Below are positions 48,290 through 57,505 of a stretch of DNA of 64,000 nucleotides, piece by piece. The first letter of the stretch is position 1; each line of letters opens with the position of its first letter. A program made the position numbers and the translations under genes. Source of the stretch: Treponema sp. GTDB lineage: Bacteria; Spirochaetota; Spirochaetia; Treponematales; Breznakiellaceae. Under the pieces are notes generated by a model. It saw only the letters and a list, made by a program, of their open reading frames with translations. It had not been told where the DNA came from and ran no database searches. The stretch is taken from assembly GCA_031280125.1 (NCBI GenBank), contig JAITHE010000087.1, forward strand, positions 7,653-71,652, read 5' to 3'.

Positions 48290-49512
48290 GGGATCGCCCC
48301 GGGGTTCGTTTCGCCCGGTCCGTCATGGACTTTGGCAGAGCCGAATGGAACAGTCTGGTAACGGAAGAAACCATCCCCTTCCTGGAATGGGAATGGCTTG
48401 CCGCTTTGGAAAAATCGGGAAGCGCCGGCCCCAAAACGGGGTGGTGTCCCCTTCATCCCCATATCAGGGAAGGCGGAAAGCTCCTGGCGGCGGCCCCCTT
48501 TTATTTGAAAAACCACAGTGAAGGCGAGTTTATCTGGGATCATTTCTGGGCGGAGGCGGCTTTTTCTCTGGGCCGGAACTGGTATCCCAAACTGGTGGGC
48601 ACAATCCCCGCCACTCCCGCAGAGGGCTACCGTTTCCTTACGGCGGAGGGGGAGGATCCCCGGATCCTGGGCGGGGCCCTCCTGGACGCGGCGGAAAATC
48701 TTTGCCGCCGCCAGGGCATAAGGGGGATCCACATCCTCTTTGCGGACCCTTCCTGGGCTTCCCTGCTGGAAGAAAGATCCTACCGGAGCTGGAAACATTC
48801 CCGCTTTATCTGGGAAAACGCCCTGCCCCGGGCCCCGGGGGTTTCCCCTAAAACACCCAGGCCGGATCGCTTCGCCTCTTTTGAGGAGTTTCTTTCCCTC
48901 TTCAACAAAAACCAGCGTAAAAATATACGGAAGGAATACCGCCGCCATGAAGAACAGGGCATACATCTGCGGATTCTTCCGGGAGAGGCCGCGGAGGCGG
49001 ACTGTTTCAACCGGATCTTTGAACTTTACTCTATCACCAACGACAAGTTTATTCCCTGGGACGCCCGCTGGGTAAACGGGGACTTTTTCCGCCTCCTGGG
49101 AGAATATTTCCGCCCCAGAACGCTCTTTTCCCAGGCCCTGCTGGGGGAGGAAACCCTGGCCTTGGCGATGATGTTCCGCAAGGGGGACCGGCTCTGGGGC
49201 CGCTACTGGGGCAGTTACGGGGCGCCGAGGGATCTTCATTTTGCCGCCTGCTACTATGCCCCCATGGATTACTGTATCCGGGAGGGGATCCGGCTTTTTG
49301 ATCCCGGCCTCGGATCCTCCCACAAGATACGCCGGGGTTTCCGCGCCGCCCTGGACCGGAGCTGGCATGTCTTTTTTGACCCCGTCCTGGAAGGGTTTTT
49401 TACTGCCGCCGTAAAAAGGGCAAACCGTCTGGAAGAAGAAACCATGGAGGCCCTCAATGCGGAGATCCCCTTCAAGGAAGGCCCCTTGCCTTTTTTCCAA
49501 AACAGTTTATAG
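48286..49512 (+). CDS. DUF482/FemAB-like GNAT-fold N-acyltransferase family protein
   Basis: 408 aa. FLEWEWLAALEKSG and C-terminal FDPGLGSSHKIRRGF blocks are typical of this family. ATGA overlap with ttcA. Confidence 0.65.
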   Translation: MRDRPGVRFARSVMDFGRAEWNSLVTEETIPFLEWEWLAALEKSGSAGPKTGWCPLHPHIREGGKLLAAAPFYLKNHSEGEFIWDHFWAEAAFSLGRNWYPKLVGTIPATPAEGYRFLTAEGEDPRILGGALLDAAENLCRRQGIRGIHILFADPSWASLLEERSYRSWKHSRFIWENALPRAPGVSPKTPRPDRFASFEEFLSLFNKNQRKNIRKEYRRHEEQGIHLRILPGEAAEADCFNRIFELYSITNDKFIPWDARWVNGDFFRLLGEYFRPRTLFSQALLGEETLALAMMFRKGDRLWGRYWGSYGAPRDLHFAACYYAPMDYCIREGIRLFDPGLGSSHKIRRGFRAALDRSWHVFFDPVLEGFFTAAVKRANRLEEETMEALNAEIPFKEGPLPFFQNSL

Positions 49513-49584
49513 TTGAGACTGTTCGCCCATGTTAGATGTTGGAACAACCCCAACTGCCGGGAATGAACCATGGAGGAGGCCGCC

Positions 49585-50340
49585 GTGATCCGTCCGTCGA
49601 AGATTCTTATCATCCTCTTATTAACAGCGGCGGCAATCCTTGCCGCGGCGGGGGCGGATCTGCCCCGGGCAGAGGGGTATATCGCAGACTTTGCGGGGAT
49701 CATCAACGCCGGGGACAGGGAGCGTCTGGAAGGGCTACTGGGGGATCTGCGGCAAAAAACCGGGACGCAGATTGCCGTGGTCAGCGTTAAGACCTACGCG
49801 CCCCACGGAAGCATAGAAGGATACGCCGAAGCGCTCTTTAACCACTGGGGCATCGGGCAAAAGGGCAGGGACAACGGTGTACTCCTGATCCTGGCCATGG
49901 AGGAGCGGGATGTGCGTATCGAAACCGGCTACGGCCTGGAGGGGGTTCTGCCCGATTCCTTCTGCGGCCGCATACTGGACCAGGCGGTGCTGCCCGAATT
50001 CAGGGAGGGCCGTTATTCCCGGGGACTTCTGGAGGGCGCCCGGGCCATAGCGGCGGTGGTTGCAAAAGCAAATAACCTCGACCCCGCGTCCCTGGGACTT
50101 ACCGGAAAGGCCGGGACCCGGAAAAGTTCCGCCGGAGAGTACAACATCGCTCTTACCTTTGCCATTATTGCCCTGGTCTTTGTGATCCTTCCTCTGATGT
50201 TCCGCCGCCGCAGGGGTTTCTGCCCTCCCCGTTCCTTTGGGAGCGGCTCCTTTGGAAGCGGCGGTGTCTTCCGGTCAGGCGGAGGCGGCGGTTTCGGCGG
50301 GGGCAGATCCGGGGGCGGCGGGGCTTCCCGGAAATTTTAG
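49585..50340 (+). CDS. TPM-domain (YgcG-like) membrane protein with Gly-rich tail
   Basis: YIADFAGIIN...QIAVVSV...DNGVLLILAMEERDVRIETGYGLEG. The GTG at 49585 lies 5 nt after GGAGGAGG, which is preferred over the ATG at 49570. Confidence 0.8.
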   Translation: MIRPSKILIILLLTAAAILAAAGADLPRAEGYIADFAGIINAGDRERLEGLLGDLRQKTGTQIAVVSVKTYAPHGSIEGYAEALFNHWGIGQKGRDNGVLLILAMEERDVRIETGYGLEGVLPDSFCGRILDQAVLPEFREGRYSRGLLEGARAIAAVVAKANNLDPASLGLTGKAGTRKSSAGEYNIALTFAIIALVFVILPLMFRRRRGFCPPRSFGSGSFGSGGVFRSGGGGGFGGGRSGGGGASRKF

Positions 50341-50350
50341 GAGGATCAAT

Positions 50351-50914
50351 GTGAAAAAGACAACGGCCATGGCTGTTTCGGTTTTTACCGCGGCGGCGCT
50401 GATCTGCATTTTTTATTTCGGCACAAAAAACAGCATGGTAGCCCTGGATGAAGGAATCAACGCAGCCTGGTCCGAAGTGGACAACCAGCTTCAGAGGCGC
50501 GGCGATCTGATACCCAACTTTGTCAATACCGTTAAGGGTTACGCCGCCCACGAGGAGGCCCTTTTTACGGAAATCGCCAGGGCCAGGGCAAAACTGGCCG
50601 GGGGCGCTTCGGTGGCAGAAAAGGCAGCGGGGTACAGCGAAATGGAGGGGGCCCTGTCGCGGCTTTTGGTGGTGGCGGAACAGTACCCGGAACTGCGGGC
50701 CAATGAAAATTTTCTGGCCCTCCAGGACGAACTGGCGGGTACGGAAAACCGCATCGCCGTAGCCAGAAAACGCTACAACGACAGCGTAGGAATATTTAAC
50801 ACAAAAATACGAAGTTTTCCCGCTTCCCTTTTCGCAGGATCCATGGGGTTTGCCCCCAGGGCCTATTTTGAAACCGGCGAAAGCGCCCGGTCCCTTCCCC
50901 GGGTTGAGTTTTAG
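50351..50914 (+). CDS. lemA: LemA-family protein
   Basis: WSEVDNQLQRRGDLIPNFVNTVKGYAAHE and AGTENRIAVARKRYND. GTG start 6 nt after AGGAGG. The longer ORF overlaps the TPM gene. Confidence 0.88.
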   Translation: MKKTTAMAVSVFTAAALICIFYFGTKNSMVALDEGINAAWSEVDNQLQRRGDLIPNFVNTVKGYAAHEEALFTEIARARAKLAGGASVAEKAAGYSEMEGALSRLLVVAEQYPELRANENFLALQDELAGTENRIAVARKRYNDSVGIFNTKIRSFPASLFAGSMGFAPRAYFETGESARSLPRVEF

Positions 50915-51027
50915 CCCGTTGATCCGCTGCGGAGTTAATGCCCAGGAATCCGCCTGCGGAGGAATCCACAGGACGGAGAGAACCATTCGCGGATGGTACT
51001 CCGAAAAATACCGGTTTCCGAAGAACC

Positions 51028-52338
51028 CTATTTTTCATTAAAGTTAAAGATCCCGTCCCAGGAATCCTCCGGGGGCGTCTCCCGGTAAAAGCGGCAACGG
51101 TCCAGGTAGAGATGCGAGGGGCCGTCTTCAGGGTTGTACCTAAGAACATGGATAAAGGCCGCTTCCGCCGCCTTCCAGTCCCGCTTTTCAAAAAAACCCA
51201 GGGCCGCCTGAAAAAGGTCCGCCAGTCTCTTTGCCGCCTCCGAAGCCCTCTCTGTCAGTTCAAGAATTTCATGGATCAGCACGGGCTCGTTGATACCAGG
51301 TACCCGGATCCGGTCAAGCCGCCGGACCAGGAGACGGTTACCACATTCTTTTATCGTATCTTCCGAGGCGAGGATCCCCGTCTTGTAGAGCTTGTTCACC
51401 CTTTCAAGGCGGGCCGCCAGATTTACCGCGTTGCCCATGATCGTATAGTTCATCTTCCGATCGGTCCCCATGTTTCCCGCTATCATGTCGCCGGTGTTGA
51501 TCCCGATCCGGGTAAAGACCGGTGCAAACCCGGGCCTTTCCAGAATACGTTTTCTGTTCCATTCCAGTTCAAGCCGCTTCATCGCGGCCGCCGCGGTACA
51601 GCAGCGCAGGGCGTGATCCGCCTGTTCCAGGGGAGCTCCGAAGAAAGCTACAATTGCGTCCCCTTCGTATTTATCGATGGTCCCCTTTTGTTCCAGAATA
51701 GCGCCGCTCATGACGGAAAAGTACCTGTTAAGAAGGTCCACCAGATCCTCCGGAGACAGGGCCTCGGCAATGCCGGTAAAATTAAACACATCCGTAAACA
51801 TAGCGCTCATGCGGCGCTTGACCCCGCCAAGCTGGAGCCGGGCGGGATTGGCGGCAATCTCCTCCACCACATCCTCCGAAAGGTAGGTAGAAAAAGCCCG
51901 GCGAAGATGGCTGTTATAATACTGGAGTTCCGCCGCCTGTTTTTCCAGGGTCTTCCGCTGGCTTGAAACCAAAAGGTGTACCTCTATGCGCTTTAAGAGA
52001 AGCGGGGGCTGGAAGGGTTTGGTGATATAATCCATGGCCCCCAGGGAAAGGCCCTCCAGTTCGTCGCCGGATTCGGTTTTCCCCGTAAGAAAGATCACCG
52101 GGATATCCTTTGTTTCCTTCCTGGATTTAAGCATCCTGATCGCCTCATAGCCGTTCATATCCGGCATATCAATGTCCAAAAGGATCAGATCCGGGCGGCT
52201 GGTTTTCAAAAGGGAAAAAAGTTTTTCCGCCGAAGGGGCGGTGGCAACGGCGTACTTTTCCGCAAGAACATTTTTTCCGATCCGGAGGTTTGCAGGATTG
52301 TCATCTACCAGCAAGATCAGTTCCTTTTTGTTTTCCAT
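51028..52338 (-). CDS. Response regulator receiver fused to a class III adenylate/guanylate cyclase
   Basis: REC motifs [10 protein letters not shown]...LILLDIDMP...FLTG...KPF. Cyclase motifs FTDVFNFT, DKYEGDAIVAFFG, RIGINTGDMIAGNMG and GNAVNLAARLE. Confidence 0.9.
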   Translation of the reverse strand: MENKKELILLVDDNPANLRIGKNVLAEKYAVATAPSAEKLFSLLKTSRPDLILLDIDMPDMNGYEAIRMLKSRKETKDIPVIFLTGKTESGDELEGLSLGAMDYITKPFQPPLLLKRIEVHLLVSSQRKTLEKQAAELQYYNSHLRRAFSTYLSEDVVEEIAANPARLQLGGVKRRMSAMFTDVFNFTGIAEALSPEDLVDLLNRYFSVMSGAILEQKGTIDKYEGDAIVAFFGAPLEQADHALRCCTAAAAMKRLELEWNRKRILERPGFAPVFTRIGINTGDMIAGNMGTDRKMNYTIMGNAVNLAARLERVNKLYKTGILASEDTIKECGNRLLVRRLDRIRVPGINEPVLIHEILELTERASEAAKRLADLFQAALGFFEKRDWKAAEAAFIHVLRYNPEDGPSHLYLDRCRFYRETPPEDSWDGIFNFNEK

Positions 52339-52445
52339 TGTTTGGTTTCCCCTTTTATTCGCCCTGGGACCGGCTACCCCATCCCCGGGGCGGCTTTAAA
52401 CACAAGCGGCGGGACATGGGACACCGCGGCTTGCCCCGGGAAGCC

Positions 52446-53663
52446 TCATTTTTCCTTCACCGTAAGCCCTATCTTCTGGGTTTTCCGGTAGAACATGGTC
52501 TGTCTAAGCACCTCCGAAACGTCGCTGATAAGTATTTTCCCCTCCATCAGGGAAATCCGCTTGGAAGCGAGGATCCGCCTAAAGTGGGGTTCGCTTTCCT
52601 TGTAGGGCAGGCCAACCATGCCGGCCAGTTCCTTAAAGCCGAAACTGCACAGGTGGGATTGGTTATTTGAAAAAACCACCCGTTCTTTTTCAAGCTGAAT
52701 GAGGAGGGCGTCGTAAATGCGCCCCAGGGGATTTTCAATGAGGGTGTTAACAAGCTGTTTGTAGATAATCCAGATCCGTTCCGCCATCATGGTCGTAAGC
52801 CGTGCAACCATTTCAGGCTGCCTGGAAATAAGGCTTTCAAAGTTCGAGCGGTTTACCGTCATCAGCGTACAGTCCTCACAGGTTTCCACCGAGGCCGCCC
52901 GGGGTTTGTCCTCCAGCAGGGCCATTTCTCCAAAAATGTCCCCCTTTTTTAGAACCGCCAGAACCATCTCCTGGTTATCCTGGATCTTGGTGATCTTTAC
53001 CGTCCCCTTGGTGATAATATAAAGTTCATCCCCGTATTCCCCCTCCGCAAAGACAAGGCAGTTTTCCGGATAGTTCCGCTCCGCCTGATCCGCGGGATAT
53101 TCGGGCCTTGAGTCTTTGACATAGGGGGTAATTTTCTGTATCTTTTCCGTGATCCACCCGGAGTCTTCCGGCGAACAGTAGTTCAGGTACTGCCGGTAGG
53201 CATAAAAGGCCATGCCGTACTTTTCCTGCCGGACATAGTATTCGGCGACCTGAAACAGGTGGGAAGGGGCGTTTATGCCGGCGCCGGAGAGGGCCCGGCG
53301 GGAAAGAACGTCGTCCAGGCTGCGCAGCCGCCGGGAAAACTGCTGGATAATGTTCATGGCCACCGGTGTATTGGTTTTAATAAGATCGCCGTACTGTCTC
53401 TTTTCGATGGCTAAAAGGGTTACGTCGGTCAGGGCCAGGACTGTTTCTATATAACTACAGGAGGCCATGACCGACACAACCCCAAAAATATCGCCCGGCC
53501 CGGCCACATCATTATGCTGCTCTGTCAGGGTATCTGTTTCCCGGATTATTCTAACCCTTCCCTTCTGGATAATATAAAAACGATCCGCGTTGGCCTTTCC
53601 CTCTACCGTGATGCAGGAGTTTTTCGCAAAGTTGACAATGGCGGGTTGAAATTGAGCCTGCAT
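52446..53663 (-). CDS. Crp/Fnr-like regulator with two cNMP-binding domains (first one degenerate) and a C-terminal HTH
   Basis: Domain 2 has the canonical phosphate-binding cassette GDIFGEMALLEDKPRAASV. Domain 1 has GDIFGVVSVMASCSYIETV, lacking the Glu and Arg. The C-terminus FKELAGMVGLPYKESEPHFRRI is HTH-like. Confidence 0.8.
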   Translation of the reverse strand: MQAQFQPAIVNFAKNSCITVEGKANADRFYIIQKGRVRIIRETDTLTEQHNDVAGPGDIFGVVSVMASCSYIETVLALTDVTLLAIEKRQYGDLIKTNTPVAMNIIQQFSRRLRSLDDVLSRRALSGAGINAPSHLFQVAEYYVRQEKYGMAFYAYRQYLNYCSPEDSGWITEKIQKITPYVKDSRPEYPADQAERNYPENCLVFAEGEYGDELYIITKGTVKITKIQDNQEMVLAVLKKGDIFGEMALLEDKPRAASVETCEDCTLMTVNRSNFESLISRQPEMVARLTTMMAERIWIIYKQLVNTLIENPLGRIYDALLIQLEKERVVFSNNQSHLCSFGFKELAGMVGLPYKESEPHFRRILASKRISLMEGKILISDVSEVLRQTMFYRKTQKIGLTVKEK

Positions 53664-53664
53664 G

Positions 53665-54072
53665 CTAGTCCCCGGTTATTCCCTTTGCGCTCTCCGGCGC
53701 GGCGGCGATATTTCCGCCTGCCTGCTTTATCCCATGGCTACAAAAAAGGCCGTTCCGGCCAAGCAGAAAAATCCGCTGCCCGGATACTACGTCTACGGCC
53801 TTGATCATGGTTCCAAGATCCTTCACTGTAATATCATCGGCAATAACGCCCGCATCCCCTCTATCTTCGTTGAATACGGTCATCCCCATGGCGGCAATAA
53901 CGCCGCCGGAAAAAACCGCACATCCCTCTTTGCCGTTACAGGGGGCATTATCAGTATCATTAGTATAATAGAGGATGCTGCTAGTGGGAACCGTTTTTTC
54001 CGTCTCCGGCAGACAGAAGGAAGGTGCCCCGCCGGCGGCGGCGGGATTCCCCAGATTTCTCTTGATCATCAT
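53665..54072 (-). CDS. Hypothetical 135-aa protein, translationally coupled to the upstream hybrid kinase
   Basis: GGGGAGG Shine-Dalgarno sequence 6 nt upstream. ATGA overlap with the kinase stop. Its own stop is 1 nt from the next ATG. Four Cys, including CNGKEGC. I recognised no family. Confidence 0.55.
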   Translation of the reverse strand: MMIKRNLGNPAAAGGAPSFCLPETEKTVPTSSILYYTNDTDNAPCNGKEGCAVFSGGVIAAMGMTVFNEDRGDAGVIADDITVKDLGTMIKAVDVVSGQRIFLLGRNGLFCSHGIKQAGGNIAAAPESAKGITGD

Positions 54073-57000
54073 ACATGGCCTCCCCTGTTGAGCAGGCCCT
54101 TAACGGTTTCCAGGGATTCGTCAAAGGCGGCAACCAGCGCCTGATCGGAAACGGCTTTAAGGGTTTCACGGGTTTTTGAATCAAGGGACTGACGCAGAAG
54201 CGTCTCCAAAATACTGTCAATGCCGCCGGCTTTTCGTGCCTGCAGGGTTTCGGCAAGTTCCCTGAGGAGGGAGAGAACCGGCTGTCCGGCTCCACCCCCT
54301 GCCGGCGCCCCGGAAAGGGACGGAGCCGTTCCACGCGGGGAAGCGTCCCCCGGACCGGTTTCCCCGTCCAGGACAGCGGGCGGCCTGTCAAGGGCGGCGG
54401 CGATTCCCTCAATCAATTCTTCAAGGCGGCGCTTAAAATCCGGCAGAATTTCCCGGATTGTATCCATGTCTCCGGCCCGGGCCGCCGTCTCAAGGGCCGC
54501 CGCCTTCCCTGAAATGTCCGCCGCCCCGATACTCGCCGCCGCTCCCTTGAAGGCATGAGCCTGGGCGGCAAGGGCGGCACACCCGGCGGAGCTGTCATCC
54601 CCGGAGACAGCTCCGCCGGGAAAATCCTTAAAGAGGGGAAGCCTCTCTTCCGCATCTTTGCAAAAGGCGGCCAGCACCTGCCGGTAGCCTTCAACGGTTC
54701 CGCCGGTGGCGGCAATCCCCTTTGCCGTGTCCACCCCGGGAACGGGGGGGGAACCGTTTTCGCCGCCCGGCGCCCCTCCGGATGAGGCGGCGAAGGATCC
54801 CCCCTGGAGATCTTCCGCGGGGGCGGGAACGTTCCCCATATCCTTTTCTGTTTCCTGTTCCCCATGACGCCTGGCTTTTACCCATTTACGGAGGGCGCTG
54901 TCGAGCTGTCTTGTGTCAATGGGTTTTGAAATAAAATCATCGAACCCCCTTTGCAAAAACTGTTCCGCCTGGCCCGAGATCGCATTGGCCGTGAGGGCAA
55001 TGATCGTTCCCGTATAGCCCAGTTCACGTATCTTTTCCGTGGTTTCAACTCCGTCCAGACCGGGCATCAGGTGATCCATGAAGATAATGTCCCAGGTTTT
55101 GCCGGCGAGGACTTTTTCCAGGGCCGCCGATCCACTCCCGGCGGTTTCGATGGAAAGGCCGTAGGGGGACATAAGCCCTGAGGCAACATAGAGGTTGGTC
55201 TCCAGGTCGTCCACCACGAGGATCGATCCGCAGGGCATCAATTCCCGGGGAAACCCGGCGCTCATGTTTTTCCTGCCCGCGGAGGGGCTGAAATTTTCAA
55301 GACCCCGCGCCGTTTCTTCACCCATGGAGACGCCCCCTGCCGTTTCCTGGGGCAGGCGGATGGTAAAGACACTGCCCCTGCCGTACTCGCTTTCCACTTC
55401 GATGGCGCCCCCCATCATGGCCATAAGTTTTTTTGTAATACTCATCCCAAGGCCCGTACCTTCCACGGCCCGGTTCAGTTCGGCGTTGAAGCGGGAGTAT
55501 TCGTCGAAGAGGGCCTTTAGGTCCTCTTTCTTCATACCCTGACCCGAGTCGGCTATGGCAAAGATCAGGGTTGTTTCCTGTCCGCCTGATTCCCGGGTTT
55601 CCTGGGAAACGGTCATGCGGACAAAGCCCTGTTCGGTATACTTGAAAGCGTTGGAGAGGATGTTGTTCAGGACCTGTTTGATCCGCAGTTCATCCCCCCG
55701 GAGGCGCAGGGGAAGGCCGGGATCAACCTGGAGGATAAACCGTATATCCCGGCTTCCGATCCTGATCATGTTCATCTGGGCTACGTCGCTGATAAGACCG
55801 GGCAGTTCGTAGTCCCGGTTATCAATTGTCAGTTTGCCCGACTCGATTTTGGAAAGATCCAAAATGTCGTTGATGATGAACAAAAGGCTGGAACCGGAAC
55901 CGCGGATTTTTTCGATATTGGCGTATACGGTTTCCGGAAGGCCGGCAACGTTCATGGTCATTTCCGAAAGCCCCAGGATCGCGTTCATGGGGGTGCGTAT
56001 CTCGTGGCTCATGGCGGCAAGGAATTGGGACTTTGCCCGGTTGGCAGAGACGGCCCGGGCGGTCTGTTCCTTTAATTCCATGGTCCGCTCCCGGATAGTT
56101 TCCTCCAGGACGATATTCTGGTTTTCCACCTGCCGTTTTGTTTTTGAAAAATCAATGGCGATGGCAAAGGAAATGCTGGTGGAAAACGCAAAGAGGCCGA
56201 TCAGGGGGACGCTTGAATCCTCCCTGGTAACAAGGCTCTGTATTACCGCGATGATCACCGAAACCAGCACTATGTTAAACCCCAAAAAGGTATTCCCCTG
56301 GGGGGAATCAAAAACGGCGGCCATGAAGGCCCGGAACTTTCCCCGGTTTTTCCGGTAATCCCGGGATATGTCCTTGAGGGAGCGGATTAAAAGACCGTAG
56401 CAGTACAGTAAAGAAACGGGAAGAAACAGCTCCGCCAGGGTAAGGAGATCCAGCAAAAGCTGCTGTTCCGAGAGGGCCATAAGAAGGGTAACGCCGCCGT
56501 AGACAGCCAGAAATACCTTTATTATGGGACCGGGTTTTTTGCCGCAGAGGAAAAGTACAAAAAAGACCATGGGAATGCCGGCCAGGGAAATGGCCATTAC
56601 TTCCATTCTAAGGGAAACCAGGGAATCGACAAAAAACAAAAACCGGTAGGGCGTATCCAGGAACATATAAAATGCCAGGATCAGCATTTCCAGGGAAAAG
56701 AAAATACGGTACTTTTCTTTCCTGCCCCCCAGGTACATCAGAAAATCATAAAAGGCCATAAAAAAATAAATACCGGAAAACATATAGAAAACCAGGTGGC
56801 TGTGTTCGCTCTGGGAGCTTTTAAGATCGTCGATGTAATAGCTGTTGGTAAAGGGCAGGCCCCCGTCGCTGTACCAGGGCGGAGAAAGGATATGAAACAC
56901 CAGGGTATTTTCCCCTTCCCGCAGATAGGACAGGTCAAAGGGAACGGAAAGCAGCCGCGTGTTTTTGTGCACCTTGATGCCGCCATTTTCATCCAGGTGC

Positions 57001-57437
57001 ATTTCCTTGGCAATACTCCGGGAATTGAGGAATATTTCCCAGTTGTCCGCTATGAGGGGGATATAGAGGGCCGGACTCAGTGAATTGTTCCGGATATAAG
57101 CCAGTTGATCCGCCCCGGCAGTAAAGGTAAGGGCATAGGTAAAATGTTCCTCCCTCTGTTTTTTCGGCCAGAGAAAAGGCAGGGGTTCGGCCAGGCCCGA
57201 TTTTTTTATCCCCCAGGGTTTGCCGGTAAGATTCACCCACCGGTCTAATGCAAAGTCCTGAAAGACAGTGTCGGCGGCCTTGAAACCCCTTTTCAGATAC
57301 ATGGGACAGCCGTTAAGGAGGATCCTTGCGGGGGTGGCGGAATTCATGGAAAAAAAGAACACCACTATCGAAACAATACCCATGTAGGTAATCAGCATGG
57401 CCGCATAGAGAACGGCGAAGGGGTTTTTTTTATTCAT
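54069..57437 (-). CDS. Hybrid sensor histidine kinase: 7TMR-DISM-type sensor, HisKA, HATPase, REC, Hpt and a C-terminal helical extension
   Basis: TM1, then a periplasmic beta-rich domain of about 200 aa, then 7 TM helices. H-box [12 protein letters not shown]-boxes DSGQGM and GTGLGMS. REC ILVVDDLETN...IIFMDHLMPGLDG...KPI. Hpt [13 protein letters not shown]. Confidence 0.88.
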   Translation of the reverse strand: MNKKNPFAVLYAAMLITYMGIVSIVVFFFSMNSATPARILLNGCPMYLKRGFKAADTVFQDFALDRWVNLTGKPWGIKKSGLAEPLPFLWPKKQREEHFTYALTFTAGADQLAYIRNNSLSPALYIPLIADNWEIFLNSRSIAKEMHLDENGGIKVHKNTRLLSVPFDLSYLREGENTLVFHILSPPWYSDGGLPFTNSYYIDDLKSSQSEHSHLVFYMFSGIYFFMAFYDFLMYLGGRKEKYRIFFSLEMLILAFYMFLDTPYRFLFFVDSLVSLRMEVMAISLAGIPMVFFVLFLCGKKPGPIIKVFLAVYGGVTLLMALSEQQLLLDLLTLAELFLPVSLLYCYGLLIRSLKDISRDYRKNRGKFRAFMAAVFDSPQGNTFLGFNIVLVSVIIAVIQSLVTREDSSVPLIGLFAFSTSISFAIAIDFSKTKRQVENQNIVLEETIRERTMELKEQTARAVSANRAKSQFLAAMSHEIRTPMNAILGLSEMTMNVAGLPETVYANIEKIRGSGSSLLFIINDILDLSKIESGKLTIDNRDYELPGLISDVAQMNMIRIGSRDIRFILQVDPGLPLRLRGDELRIKQVLNNILSNAFKYTEQGFVRMTVSQETRESGGQETTLIFAIADSGQGMKKEDLKALFDEYSRFNAELNRAVEGTGLGMSITKKLMAMMGGAIEVESEYGRGSVFTIRLPQETAGGVSMGEETARGLENFSPSAGRKNMSAGFPRELMPCGSILVVDDLETNLYVASGLMSPYGLSIETAGSGSAALEKVLAGKTWDIIFMDHLMPGLDGVETTEKIRELGYTGTIIALTANAISGQAEQFLQRGFDDFISKPIDTRQLDSALRKWVKARRHGEQETEKDMGNVPAPAEDLQGGSFAASSGGAPGGENGSPPVPGVDTAKGIAATGGTVEGYRQVLAAFCKDAEERLPLFKDFPGGAVSGDDSSAGCAALAAQAHAFKGAAASIGAADISGKAAALETAARAGDMDTIREILPDFKRRLEELIEGIAAALDRPPAVLDGETGPGDASPRGTAPSLSGAPAGGGAGQPVLSLLRELAETLQARKAGGIDSILETLLRQSLDSKTRETLKAVSDQALVAAFDESLETVKGLLNRGGHV

Positions 57438-57505
57438 TGGCAGCCTTCGTTTCCGGGAGCAGGGTAAGCCCCGGCATTAAGGCGCTTTGACTGCCCTTCA
57501 TGCCG

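Noticed and set aside
53662-54144. 160-aa plus-strand ORF overlapping the 135-aa minus-strand ORF
   Set aside because: It would run antisense into the 3' end of the hybrid kinase gene and lacks a ribosome-binding site. The minus-strand ORF has a GGGGAGG site and tight coupling at both ends. The strand call is still flagged for verification.
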